A program made the translations under genes and the position numbers. From NCBI GenBank assembly GCA_963703285.1, contig OY969807.1, positions 583,577 through 607,576 of the forward strand: DNA of 24,000 bases, read 5' to 3'. The first letter of the stretch is position 1. Every line of letters starts with the position of its first letter. The DNA comes from an uncultured Nitrososphaerota archaeon (lineage in GTDB: Archaea; Thermoproteota; Nitrososphaeria; Nitrososphaerales; Gagatemarchaeaceae). This document shows, piece by piece, positions 1-8,368 of the stretch. The notes beneath the pieces are model-generated. The model worked only from the letters and a program-made list of their open reading frames with translations, had not been told where the DNA came from and made no database searches.

Positions 1-828
1 AGCGTCCCTCTTTACCATCTTCGCCAGGTGCCTGTAGCAAGCGTAGTACACAGCGAGCTGCGACTCGTCGAGAATCTCGGCCGAGAATGTGCGGTTCTTT
101 ATCAGCCCGAGCGGCACGTTCTGCATGGGTGTGACGGTGAACTCTGAGGGCATGCTGCCGACGTCCATCTCGCTCAGCCGGTTGACCATCGCCACCGTCT
201 CCCAGTTGTCGTCGGGCGCCTCGTCCATCTGTCCGACCTGGACCGTGAACGCCGGCCGCCAGTAGGCGCGGTTCATCGCCCTCACGCCCTCCGCAACTAT
301 GGACTGCCAGGTCCCGTCGGGCCCTATCTTCAGCGGCAGGGTCTTGTTTGGCATGTGTCTGAGGGCCAGCTTGTCGCTGCCGGTCTCGAGACCCACCTGT
401 ACCCCTATCCACTTGTCCGGACCGGCATGGACGACGGACGAAATCTCCTTGACCAGTTCAGGATAGCCCGCAGGGACGGAGATTCTCCCGTGTGTTGGGT
501 TCGCATATTCGATACCCTTGACGCTCATGGTGGCCTCGAATAGCTCCTTTATCGCGTCCCCGTTGGGCGTGAAGTGGGGGCCATGCTGATACGCGAATAT
601 CTCGTCGCTGTGCAGCCAGGCGGCCGTCTTCCCGGACTTGGCGTTGACCTCCACCTCCTTCTTGACCATCTCCGGCGAGTAGTATCTTATGGGCCTGAGC
701 GTCACCTCGCAAAAGTCACAGCCGATGCCGCAGCCTCGCATCACCTCGCTCAACCCCTTCACGGTGGGAGCCTGAATCAGGGGTATGTCATCCAGCGTCG
801 GGAACTGCTTTGAGTTACGCGTGCCGCG
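1..828 (-). CDS. Radical SAM enzyme, core and C-terminal part. Its 3' end runs off the window, and it is out of frame with the 815..1486 ORF that appears to supply its N-terminal domain.
   Basis: Manual translation of the minus-strand frame with codons 826-828, 823-825 and so on gives NSKQFPTLDDIPLIQAPTVKGLSEVMRGCGIGCDFCEVTLRPIRYYSPEMVKKEV...GLETGSDKLALRHM... The CX3CX2C cluster motif (CGIGCDFC) lies at 709-732. The frame is open from 828 to base 1 and closed upstream by TAA at 829-831. It is absent from the ORF track because it has no stop in the window. Confidence 0.75.
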
Positions 829-1486
829 TTATGAAGCGGTCGTGCTTCACCCACTGCTTGTGGAATCCCTCGTCGAAAGACTGGTAACCCTGGAAGTAGC
901 CCTTCTCGTAGATCGCGTTCTGGGTTATGTCCTCAAGCACTTCGTTGATTATGTCGTCTGCCTCGCCCTGGAACGCAAGGTCGATGCCGAGCTCTTCCAT
1001 CACCTCCGGCATCACGGTCAGTTCCCAGACTCCGGGTCCGCCGACGACCACCTTGGCCTTCTTGCCCTTCCTGGCACGGTCGATCGTCTTCATCAGCCGC
1101 TCGAATTCGACCCTCACCCACGCCTTGGAGTGGTCGCCGAAGAGTATCGAGTAGGACATGGTCAGGGGGCCTAGACCCAGCGGGTCCATCGTGTAGACAC
1201 CGATTATCTCGGTGTCGTCCTTGATGAAGGAGGTCGCGTAGTCCTCGTGGGGGATGACCACTTCCTCTCTCTTGTGCTGCGCCAGGAGCGCGGACTCGAG
1301 CTTTCTAAGGGCGTATGGGGCGATTATGGCTCTACCGCTGTCGTCCGGCGTCCGTTTCCCCTTCAGAAAGTTGTAGAGAAACTCGGGGAGGGTTCCGCTC
1401 GGCGCACAGGGCAGAAAGTCGAGGAGTGGGAAGTTGTTGTACTCGCGGGAGAGGCTGGGATCCGAGATGAAGACGTATTTGGCCAT
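815..1486 (-). CDS. N-terminal (B12-binding-like / Rossmann-like) domain ORF of a radical SAM enzyme. It ends at TAA 815-817, just before the radical SAM core resumes in another frame.
   Basis: A 223-aa ORF with no CX3CX2C motif of its own. The stretch KAKVVVGGPGVWEL...QGEADD resembles the N-terminal domain of B12-binding-domain radical SAM proteins. The radical SAM core follows immediately in a different frame. Confidence 0.7.
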   Translation of the reverse strand: MAKYVFISDPSLSREYNNFPLLDFLPCAPSGTLPEFLYNFLKGKRTPDDSGRAIIAPYALRKLESALLAQHKREEVVIPHEDYATSFIKDDTEIIGVYTMDPLGLGPLTMSYSILFGDHSKAWVRVEFERLMKTIDRARKGKKAKVVVGGPGVWELTVMPEVMEELGIDLAFQGEADDIINEVLEDITQNAIYEKGYFQGYQSFDEGFHKQWVKHDRFITRHA

Positions 1487-1626
1487 CTGTCTATCTCGTC
1501 TCCACGCGCAGCGCCGAAGGAGACGCTGCGGCTATACCCAGGCTCAGCACGACCGTGTTGGATCCGTTCGCGTGCATGGGTTCGAGTCTCGGGCGACCGG
1601 TCCAGCTCAGGGTTGCCAACAGCGGT

Positions 1627-3261
1627 TCAGCGCGCCTCCTTGACTAGGAAGTATGGATTCTTCCCTCCGGTCTCGAGGTAGATGACCCTGCTGGAGAATC
1701 CCCTGAGTTCCTCAATCGTCTCCTTCGAGACGCCCGCCATGTCCCTCAGGGATGTGTATAGTTTGTGAGTACTCGCCAGCTGTCCCGGAAACTTCGCTAT
1801 CTCCCTCACGTACTCTGGCATCATGTTGAAAGCGAATTTCTGCGCGTTTAGCATCAGGTCTCTCTTGAATCCCTTGAGCTTGCGTTCTGCGTCGCGCCTG
1901 ACCTTGCCCTTGAACCAATTCAGGACGTAGAACGAGTAGTTGCCGTAGAACTGGAGCAGCTGTATGAGTGCTGGGTTGACTCTCGTCTTCATGACGGGGG
2001 TCGAGACATCGTACCTGTTCCAGTCGAGTGTGAAGAGCCTGTTGTTCTTCAGAGCGTCATCGAATATCCTCGTACCCGGCAGAGGAGTGTATATGGTGAA
2101 CTGCACCCCATTGGCACCGGCATCCGCGAGCCGGTGAGAGAACCGCACCGTGGCGAGCATGTCTCCGAAGCTCTCGTATGGCGCGCCTAGCATCATCCCG
2201 ACGAGGACGATGACTCCGTTCTCGCTGAGGACCCTCACAGCCTTGACGGACTGAGGTGTAAGGAGGCCCTTGTGCATCTTCTTGAGCGTCTCTTGGCTTC
2301 CTGACTCGACCCCGAGGAAAGCGAGGCGCATGCCCGCCTCGGCGCCCCTCCCGATGAGCTCAGGGTTCCTTGCGGTTACGTCAGCCCTCATTTGGACAAT
2401 CCACTTGAACCGGTCATATCCGTTCTCTATCATTGCGTTGAAGAGTGCCATCCTCTGGTCCACGTTCGGGTGGACGACGAAGATGTCGTCGGTGAAGAAG
2501 ATCCAGTCATACCCAAGCCTTTTCGCGAGTTCTAGCTCCATGAGTATCCTCTTGTTGGACTTGTTCCTCCACTTGTGCCCCCACGTCGGTGTGACGGAGC
2601 AGAAGTCGCAGGCGTAAGGGCAGCCCCTGGACGTTTCGAGGCAGGTGATGCTCCCCTCGCCGAATAGCTTGATTGTGTAGAGCTCTTTCCTAACGAGGTG
2701 AAGGGCCGGAAGAGGTAGGGTGTCCAGGTTCGGAATGAGGGCCCTCGGCGTGTTTTGCACTATGCTTGATTTTCCGTACTCCTTCTTGTTGAAGAGGATG
2801 CCCGGGATCTTCTCGAACCTCTCTCCGCCTCGCAACGCGGCGGCTATCTCGGTTATCGTCTGGTCGCCCTCTCCGAGCGCGACTACATCGAAACCGTTCC
2901 TGAGAAGGTCGTAGGGGACGAATGTCGCGTGGTGCCCTCCGGCGACGAGGAGGGTGTTCTCCTTCCCCTCCTTCACCCTCTTGGCGATCTCGGTCGAAGT
3001 CCCGTGGGCGGCGGTCGCGTGAATGGTAAGCCCGACCATGTCCGGGTCGAAGCTCAGAGCCTCCTTTACAGCATCCTCGACTGTCCTCTTTTCGTCGGCC
3101 TCCATATCGATGACCCTGACTTCGGAATCTTCAAGCGTCAGAAGAGAGGAGGCGAGCTGAAGGAGGCCGAGGGGTAACGGCAGAAAGCCAAATTTTGTGA
3201 GGTAGGCGCTCCCGCCTGGGTTCGATGGCCTTATGAGAACCGTCTTCATCTTCCATGCCAC
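1627..3261 (-). CDS. B12-binding-domain radical SAM protein (class B-like)
   Basis: A 544-aa ORF. The N-terminal cobalamin-binding-like domain reads VGLTIHATAAHG...LLVAGGHHATF...VVALGEGDQT, and the radical SAM motif is SRGCPYACDFCSV. The start is GTG at 3261 or ATG at 3249, 3 nt after the MarR stop. Confidence 0.9.
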   Translation of the reverse strand: MAWKMKTVLIRPSNPGGSAYLTKFGFLPLPLGLLQLASSLLTLEDSEVRVIDMEADEKRTVEDAVKEALSFDPDMVGLTIHATAAHGTSTEIAKRVKEGKENTLLVAGGHHATFVPYDLLRNGFDVVALGEGDQTITEIAAALRGGERFEKIPGILFNKKEYGKSSIVQNTPRALIPNLDTLPLPALHLVRKELYTIKLFGEGSITCLETSRGCPYACDFCSVTPTWGHKWRNKSNKRILMELELAKRLGYDWIFFTDDIFVVHPNVDQRMALFNAMIENGYDRFKWIVQMRADVTARNPELIGRGAEAGMRLAFLGVESGSQETLKKMHKGLLTPQSVKAVRVLSENGVIVLVGMMLGAPYESFGDMLATVRFSHRLADAGANGVQFTIYTPLPGTRIFDDALKNNRLFTLDWNRYDVSTPVMKTRVNPALIQLLQFYGNYSFYVLNWFKGKVRRDAERKLKGFKRDLMLNAQKFAFNMMPEYVREIAKFPGQLASTHKLYTSLRDMAGVSKETIEELRGFSSRVIYLETGGKNPYFLVKEAR

Positions 3262-3264
3262 CGC

Positions 3265-3741
3265 CTATCCGCCGGGTCTGGACATCTCCCTCTGGAGCTT
3301 CGCAAGAAGACCGCGGAGCGTCTCCTGTTCTTCCGTCGTGAATCCCTGAAGGGCTCTCCGCATCATCTCGCTGTACCTTACAGCCACCCTCTCTTGCACC
3401 GCCCTCCCCTCTGTGGTAAGCTCTATGATCGTAGCTCTCCTGTCTCCTTGGCGGGCCACCCTCTTGACGAGTCCCTTGTGCTCCAGCCTGTCTATTATCC
3501 CGGTGACGTTGGCAGGAGTAACGAGCATCTCCTCGCTGATCTTACACATGAGCATGGCTCCCTTCCTTGAAAGCACCCTCAAAGCGATAAACTGTGGCTG
3601 AGTCAGATCCTCCTTGGCGAGCAGCTCTGCGATGCTGCGATGCATCGCCTTGTAAGTGGCGATGACGGCGTTGTAGGTCTCGTTCTGCTGCTCCTCAGCC
3701 AGCGCCAGTGGTCCGACCATGCTTTTAGAAGTGATAATCAA
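3265..3741 (-). CDS. MarR-family winged-helix transcriptional regulator
   Basis: LTQPQFIALRVLSRKGAMLMCKISEEMLVTPANVTGIIDRLEHKGLVKRVARQGDRRATIIELTTEGR is a typical MarR wHTH. The ORF-track start is TTG at 3741. ATG at 3720 lies about 24-27 nt downstream of a TTTATA box and is an equally good, leaderless start. Confidence 0.9.
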   Translation of the reverse strand: MIITSKSMVGPLALAEEQQNETYNAVIATYKAMHRSIAELLAKEDLTQPQFIALRVLSRKGAMLMCKISEEMLVTPANVTGIIDRLEHKGLVKRVARQGDRRATIIELTTEGRAVQERVAVRYSEMMRRALQGFTTEEQETLRGLLAKLQREMSRPGG

Positions 3742-3783
3742 AGTATAAATAATTAATCCTTTAACTTTTCCGACGTCGCATCC
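3742..3783. promoter_or_regulatory. AT-rich divergent promoter region between the MarR operon and the DLH-MFS pair
   Basis: This is the only strongly AT-rich stretch nearby (aagtataaataattaatcctttaactttt). TTTATA on the minus strand (3744-3749) sits about 25 nt from ATG 3720. TATAAATAA and TTTAAC on the plus strand precede TTG 3784. Confidence 0.4.
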
Positions 3784-4641
3784 TTGAATTCAAGCAGGAT
3801 AATCTCCGAGGCTGTCACTTTTGGAGGCACGCGAGGAGTCGTGGAAGCCTATCTCTCCAGGCCCGAGACGAACGAACCACGTCCCGCGATCGTCGTGATA
3901 CACGAGGCGTGGGGGCTTGTAGAGCACACGAAGGACGTAGCGGACAGGTTCGCGAGGGAGGGCTACGTGGCGCTCGCTCCCAACCTCTTCTCCTCGGACC
4001 CGGAGCTTGTTTTGCTGCTCACGCCTCAGAACATCGGGGTCGCCATGGGCTTCATGCAGACTCTCTCCCCCGAGAGAAGGGCGGACATGGCGTACGTGCA
4101 GGAAGAGCTGGCAAAACAGCCAGCGGCGACAAGAGACGTGACCCAAAGGGTGATGGGCAAGATGTTCGGAGGATTGCCGAAGGAAGCCCTGACGAAAGAG
4201 GCGGTAAAGGCGGTGGAGCACCTGAACTCGCAGAATTACGTCAAGAGGGACTCGATAGGCACGGTAGGCTTCTGCTTCGGAGGAGGCGTCTCGATAAACA
4301 CAGCGTGCCACACCAAGACGGAAGCGTGCATCGTCTTCTACGGTGAGAATCCCTCGCCGATAGAGCTCGTCGAGAGCATCCAGTGTCCCGTGCTTGGTCT
4401 GTACGGCGGAGAGGACATGCGCATAAACGCGAACCTCGACAAGCTGGTCACCGCGATGGTGCGCTACAAGAAGGACTTTCAGATGAAGCTCTACCCTGGA
4501 GCACCGCACGCTTTCTTCAACGACACGAACAAGGCAACCTACAGGGAAGAAGCCGCAAAGGACGCCTGGGACCTGGCGCTCCGCTTCTTCGCGCATTCGT
4601 TACATCGGGCTAGCGGGTTGCGCGCATCACCCGCCGCTTGA
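3784..4641 (+). CDS. Dienelactone hydrolase family protein
   Basis: The family-typical [12 protein letters not shown] is present. The nucleophile motif is [10 protein letters not shown] (Cys nucleophile), and the C-terminal His context is [11 protein letters not shown]. The start is TTG. Confidence 0.85.
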   Translation: MNSSRIISEAVTFGGTRGVVEAYLSRPETNEPRPAIVVIHEAWGLVEHTKDVADRFAREGYVALAPNLFSSDPELVLLLTPQNIGVAMGFMQTLSPERRADMAYVQEELAKQPAATRDVTQRVMGKMFGGLPKEALTKEAVKAVEHLNSQNYVKRDSIGTVGFCFGGGVSINTACHTKTEACIVFYGENPSPIELVESIQCPVLGLYGGEDMRINANLDKLVTAMVRYKKDFQMKLYPGAPHAFFNDTNKATYREEAAKDAWDLALRFFAHSLHRASGLRASPAA

Positions 4642-4714
4642 TTGGAGCAGAGGTGCAAGCTTAACGGTCGAATACAAGTGGGTCGCGCTCTCCAACACAA
4701 CAATCGGGACGCTC

Positions 4715-6418
4715 ATGGCAGGCATCGACGGCACCATCGTCCTGATCTCCCTCCCCGCGATTTTCCGAGGCCTATCGATCAATCCCCTCACTTCGTTCCA
4801 GTACCTTCTATGGATCCTCTTTGGATACAGCCTGGTGACCTCGGTCCTCCTCGTCTCATTTGGCCGAATCTCGGACATGTTCGGGAGGGTCAGGCTGTTC
4901 AACCTGGGCTTCGTGATCTTCACGGTGGGCTCGCTGCTCTGCGCCGCCACCCCAAGTACCGGTGATTTGGGTGCGACGGAGCTCATCGGGTTCAGGATAA
5001 TCCAGGGGGTCGGAGGCGCCTTCCTGTTCGCCAACAGCGCCGCGATCCTGACCGACGCTTTCCCCGAGAACGAGAGAGGAAAGGCTCTCGGGATAAACAT
5101 GACCGCGGTCATCGCCGGCTCCATCATCGGTTTGGTTCTGGGCGGAATCCTCGCCCTCTTCGACTGGCGCTATATCTTCCTGGTGAGCGTGCCGGTCGGG
5201 GCGCTTGGCACAGTCTGGTCCTATGCTAAGCTCAAGGAGATTGCGGCCAGAAGAAAGAATCAGAGGCTCGACATACTGGGCAACGCCACCTTCGGGGGAG
5301 GCCTTACCCTGTTGCTCGTAGGGGTTACCTACGCCCTGATTCCGTTCGGAACCTCGTCGATGGGCTGGGGCGACCCCTGGGTCATCGCCTCCCTGGCTGC
5401 AGGGTTCGCCCTGCTCGTGGCCTTCCCGTTCGTAGAGCGCAGGGTGGCGGACCCTATGTTCAGGCTGGAGCTGTTCAGGAACCGCATGTTCAGCGCAGCG
5501 AATTTTGCCGGTTTTCTGTCCTCGATGGGGAGGGGTGGAGTCCAGATAATGCTCATCATCCTCCTCCAGGGGATATGGCTCCCGCTGCACGGGATCAGCT
5601 ACCAGTCCACGCCGTTCTGGGCGGGGGTCTACATGATTCCGATGATTCTCGGATTCGTGATAATGGGTCCGCTTAGCGGATTCCTCTCGGACAAGTACGG
5701 GGCGAGGACGTTTGCCACCCTAGGGATGGTCGTCACGGCCAGCACGTTTCTAGCGCTTTCGCTCCTTCCATACGATTTCAGCTACCCGATTTTCGCGATA
5801 ATCATCTTCGTCATGGGGCTCGGGGGAGGGATGTTCGCAGCTCCGAACACCGCGTCAATCATGAACGCGGTGCCGGCGGAGGACAGGGGTGCGGCCTCCG
5901 GAATGAGGGCGACGCTTCAGAACACGGGGCAGACGGTGAGCCTGGCGATCTTCTTCACCGTGATAATCACGGGGCTGTCCACGAGCCTGCCGAACGCGCT
6001 CTCAGCCGCTATGACGAACGCCGGGGTGCCGCAGCTCGCTAGCGCGTTCACCTCAATCTCACCGACTAGCGCCCTCTTCTCCGCTTTCCTCGGGTACAAC
6101 CCGATGCAGTCCATTCTCTCCACGCCGCAGCTCTCTTCGGTGGTTAGCCAGATACCCCAGACGGCTCTGACCTATCTGGAGGGGAAGACCTTCTTCCCGA
6201 CCGCGATAGCCTCCGCGTTCATCTCGGCGCTCGATCTTTCATTCTACATAGGTGCGGGGCTGTCTGTTGCAGCCGCCGTCGCATCGCTTCTGAGGGGTAA
6301 GAAGTACGTATACCGCGCGAAAGAGGAGGCCGTTCCGATCGCTTCTCCACCACCGCTGACTCCCAAATCGCGAAGAGCCGCACCAATAGCTCGTGGTGAA
6401 GGTTACACCACCGAATAG
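4715..6418 (+). CDS. MFS transporter, DHA2/EmrB-like multi-TM drug:H+ antiporter type
   Basis: A 567-aa hydrophobic ORF. It has LD/IDGTIV...SLPAI in TM1 and motif-A-like [11 protein letters not shown]. Family-like sequence ([14 protein letters not shown]) continues upstream of ATG 4715 in the same frame with no start codon, so the true 5' end is unresolved. Confidence 0.85.
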   Translation: MAGIDGTIVLISLPAIFRGLSINPLTSFQYLLWILFGYSLVTSVLLVSFGRISDMFGRVRLFNLGFVIFTVGSLLCAATPSTGDLGATELIGFRIIQGVGGAFLFANSAAILTDAFPENERGKALGINMTAVIAGSIIGLVLGGILALFDWRYIFLVSVPVGALGTVWSYAKLKEIAARRKNQRLDILGNATFGGGLTLLLVGVTYALIPFGTSSMGWGDPWVIASLAAGFALLVAFPFVERRVADPMFRLELFRNRMFSAANFAGFLSSMGRGGVQIMLIILLQGIWLPLHGISYQSTPFWAGVYMIPMILGFVIMGPLSGFLSDKYGARTFATLGMVVTASTFLALSLLPYDFSYPIFAIIIFVMGLGGGMFAAPNTASIMNAVPAEDRGAASGMRATLQNTGQTVSLAIFFTVIITGLSTSLPNALSAAMTNAGVPQLASAFTSISPTSALFSAFLGYNPMQSILSTPQLSSVVSQIPQTALTYLEGKTFFPTAIASAFISALDLSFYIGAGLSVAAAVASLLRGKKYVYRAKEEAVPIASPPPLTPKSRRAAPIARGEGYTTE

Positions 6419-6547
6419 GCCGCGTGGCAGCAACACTCAATCTGGGAGGCTGGGGGCTGCTGCACTTCATAGAGAGACTGCGCAAGGAGCGCCCCCTCCA
6501 CCTTGAGAAGACAAAGCGGTATGGTCTCGAGTGAGACTGACCCCCGG

Positions 6548-6856
6548 CTACATCGCATCGAACCTGGCGAAGACACGAAGAAGAATGTTGGCTAGCCGGT
6601 ACGACTGGAGTCGCAGGAAGTAGAAGGCAAAGACTACGAACGATGCCACCTCAAACGCGAAGAAGTGAAGAGAGAGGCCTATGGTAATTAGGATTGGGAG
6701 GACAAGCTGCCTTCTGTATCCTACCGCAATGAGAAGAAAATACAGGCTTGAGACAAACGTCATGTATCTCGTGCTGATTCTGTTCTTCCACCCGTCTACC
6801 GCCCTCAACGCCCCAGATGTCTTGATTCGCACGTCCCTGACACACTCAGACACCAC
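6548..6856 (-). CDS. Hypothetical small membrane protein
   Basis: A 102-aa ORF with two or three hydrophobic segments (FVSSLYFLLIAVGY, LVLPILITIGLSLHFFAF, VASFVVFAFYFL). No recognisable family. It lies in a lower-GC stretch. Confidence 0.35.
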   Translation of the reverse strand: MVSECVRDVRIKTSGALRAVDGWKNRISTRYMTFVSSLYFLLIAVGYRRQLVLPILITIGLSLHFFAFEVASFVVFAFYFLRLQSYRLANILLRVFARFDAM

Positions 6857-7170
6857 GGTGCGCTATTTTAGCGCAACGAAGCCTCCGTCCATCTAGGAGC
6901 ATGGAAAGATGGTCTATCCATTCCCGTCGCCTAAATCAAGAACTCATCCTTGTCGTCGGCCCACGTGACCTTGGCGTCGTAGTCCAAGGCCCCCCGCCTG
7001 GTCTTCTCTCCGACGCCGAGCTTCGATGCCCGATTTGATCAATCCGGTATACTGGTAATTTCGTCCCAAAGCCGCGCCGCAGGAATAGATTACACAAGTA
7101 TATCTTGAACGATGTACAGAACTATAGTCGGGCATCACGCAAAGCGGTGGCGAATCCGCAGCGTGCCGCT

Positions 7171-7551
7171 TCAGCCGTTCGTCGGAGCGGCCATTCTCGT
7201 CTCGGCGTAGTGCGCCATGCCCTGGAAGTCGACGACGACCACCGGTTCATTCCCGACGACCCAGGCGTCGTGCGGGCATGGCACGAAGGAGACCTCGCCC
7301 GCCTTCGCGACCTTCGAGGTCCCGTCGCTCATCTCGATGTGCAGCCTGCCCGAGAGGTGATACTGGAAGTGAGGGGCGTCGCACCACTCGGTCCCCTCGT
7401 GCTGCTTGAGGGACGTCGACCAGCGCCAGCCGGGCTGGTAGACCGCGCGCTCCACCCTCACACCGCCGATCCTCGCGATCTCGACCCTGCCGTTCCTGAA
7501 CCTCCGAGTCTCCTCAGGCTCGTCGAAACTTATTACCTCCAAGCTCTCCAA
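7171..7551 (-). CDS. Cupin-domain protein
   Basis: A 126-aa ORF with a cupin-like beta-barrel pattern (GWRWS...H.G.EWCDAPHFQYHLSGRLHIEMSDG...AGEVSFVPCPHDAWVVG). Confidence 0.8.
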   Translation of the reverse strand: MESLEVISFDEPEETRRFRNGRVEIARIGGVRVERAVYQPGWRWSTSLKQHEGTEWCDAPHFQYHLSGRLHIEMSDGTSKVAKAGEVSFVPCPHDAWVVGNEPVVVVDFQGMAHYAETRMAAPTNG

Positions 7552-7759
7552 GTTACCTTCAACTATTCGGATTACGTCCAGTCGCTATAACACTATGCAC
7601 GCAAATTTTCTCAACTGCACGCAGCGCTGGGACTGCACTGGGCAGTCTCGAGTCAACCAGTCGGTTGCTGGAACCCAGTCACAAGCAAGCGATGTAGTGA
7701 CTTCTAGCCAAATCCCCCGAAGTCGAACCCTATTCAATCGCCTTAACCTAAGATTGCGA

Positions 7760-7882
7760 CTACGCGAAGTCGACTATCGCAAGTAGAACTATCGTGACGA
7801 CAAGAACCGCTGCCCCTATCGTTAGGTTTCTATTGATCCTCTCCAATCTGCGCACGTTCCCTTCCGCTGTGTCCATTCCCAT
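7760..7882 (-). CDS. Mini-protein (40 aa) with a single C-terminal TM helix
   Basis: Manual translation gives MGMDTAEGNVRRLERINRNLTIGAAVLVVTIVLLAIVDFA. A strong SD-like AGAGGTGA lies 7 nt upstream of the ATG. Its architecture matches the ORF immediately upstream. It is below the ORF-track size cutoff. Confidence 0.4.
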   Translation of the reverse strand: MGMDTAEGNVRRLERINRNLTIGAAVLVVTIVLLAIVDFA

Positions 7883-7899
7883 TCTCTTTCACCTCTCGC

Positions 7900-8016
7900 T
7901 CAAACGATCAGCAAGACGAGCGCGACCACGGACAGAACGGCCACTACAATTGCCAGTTGTTCCGTTCTCTTCAGTGCCCTTTCGTAGCGGTCCGAGGTAT
8001 CAAAGGTGTTGGTCAT
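7900..8016 (-). CDS. Mini-protein (38 aa) with a single C-terminal TM helix
   Basis: Manual translation gives MTNTFDTSDRYERALKRTEQLAIVVAVLSVVALVLLIV. A TATA-like TTTAATAA lies about 38 nt upstream on the minus strand. It pairs with the 40-aa ORF 17 nt downstream. Confidence 0.4.
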   Translation of the reverse strand: MTNTFDTSDRYERALKRTEQLAIVVAVLSVVALVLLIV

Positions 8017-8197
8017 TTCGAATAACACTTCTGTGCAAGAGTCGGAGGGTTCGATTATTAAACTCTGAGGCTCATGTGGGAAAGGAAGGCGGCGGAGAAA
8101 ATTACCGACGAGTCGTAAAGGAATTAAAAGACGGGAGACACGTCAGGAGTAGATGGAGTAATAGAAATCCGTGCTGAAGATTCCAGCAGATCTTCAA

Positions 8198-8341
8198 TCA
8201 TTCTTCACACCTGAAGTCCTTACGAAGGTAGTAGACTCCGAACGTGGTATCGAGGTGGAAATGAACCAGCCAGATAGAGTCGGTTAGGATTGTCGAAAGG
8301 TAGCCATTTTGGCCGAAATCTTCGAACTCAGCCCAGCCCAC
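8198..8341 (-). CDS. Candidate small ORF (47 aa from GTG) in the same frame as the upstream radical SAM gene and directly after it
   Basis: Manual translation gives VGWAEFEDFGQNGYLSTILTDSIWLVHFHLDTTFGVYYLRKDFRCEE. Third-position GC is about 62 percent, which fits coding sequence. The frame stays open all the way back to the radical SAM TGA stop (8369-8371). No family recognised. Confidence 0.2.
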   Translation of the reverse strand: MGWAEFEDFGQNGYLSTILTDSIWLVHFHLDTTFGVYYLRKDFRCEE

Positions 8342-8368
8342 ATCTATATTGATGAGGCTAACGACCTC

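Noticed and set aside
1520-1605. A tRNA-like signal in the spacer between the two radical SAM genes: GGGTTCGAGTCTC on the plus strand and GCTGAGCCTGGGTATAGC on the minus strand
   Set aside because: The T-arm-like and D-arm-like pieces lie on opposite strands. The T stem would need two G-U pairs plus a mismatch, and no complementary acceptor strands exist. It is probably just a structured intergenic spacer.
1607-1619. The exact 13-mer TCAGGGTTGCCAA, shared with 16368-16380, with loosely similar flanks
   Set aside because: A few 13-nt matches are expected by chance in a 24 kb GC-rich window when both strands are considered. The flanking similarity is weak and the two contexts are unrelated.
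3790-4596. The long antisense ORF (268 aa) opposite the dienelactone hydrolase gene. Similar shadow ORFs occur at 4856-5590, 11026-11586, 11629-12411, 16753-17064 and 18310-18981, with many more inside 21173-23986.
   Set aside because: These are Arg/Gly/Pro/His-rich, low-complexity translations typical of off-frame or antisense reading of GC-rich coding DNA. Each one overlaps a gene with clear family motifs.
6935-7140. A possible gene remnant on the minus strand: the 64-aa ORF 6944-7138, plus a protein-like tail (SKLGVGEKTRRGALDYDAKVTWADDKDEFLI) in a neighbouring frame with no start codon
   Set aside because: No recognisable family, low third-position GC in the first part, and a frameshift would be needed to join the pieces. 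It cannot be supported as a gene or pseudogene from sequence alone.
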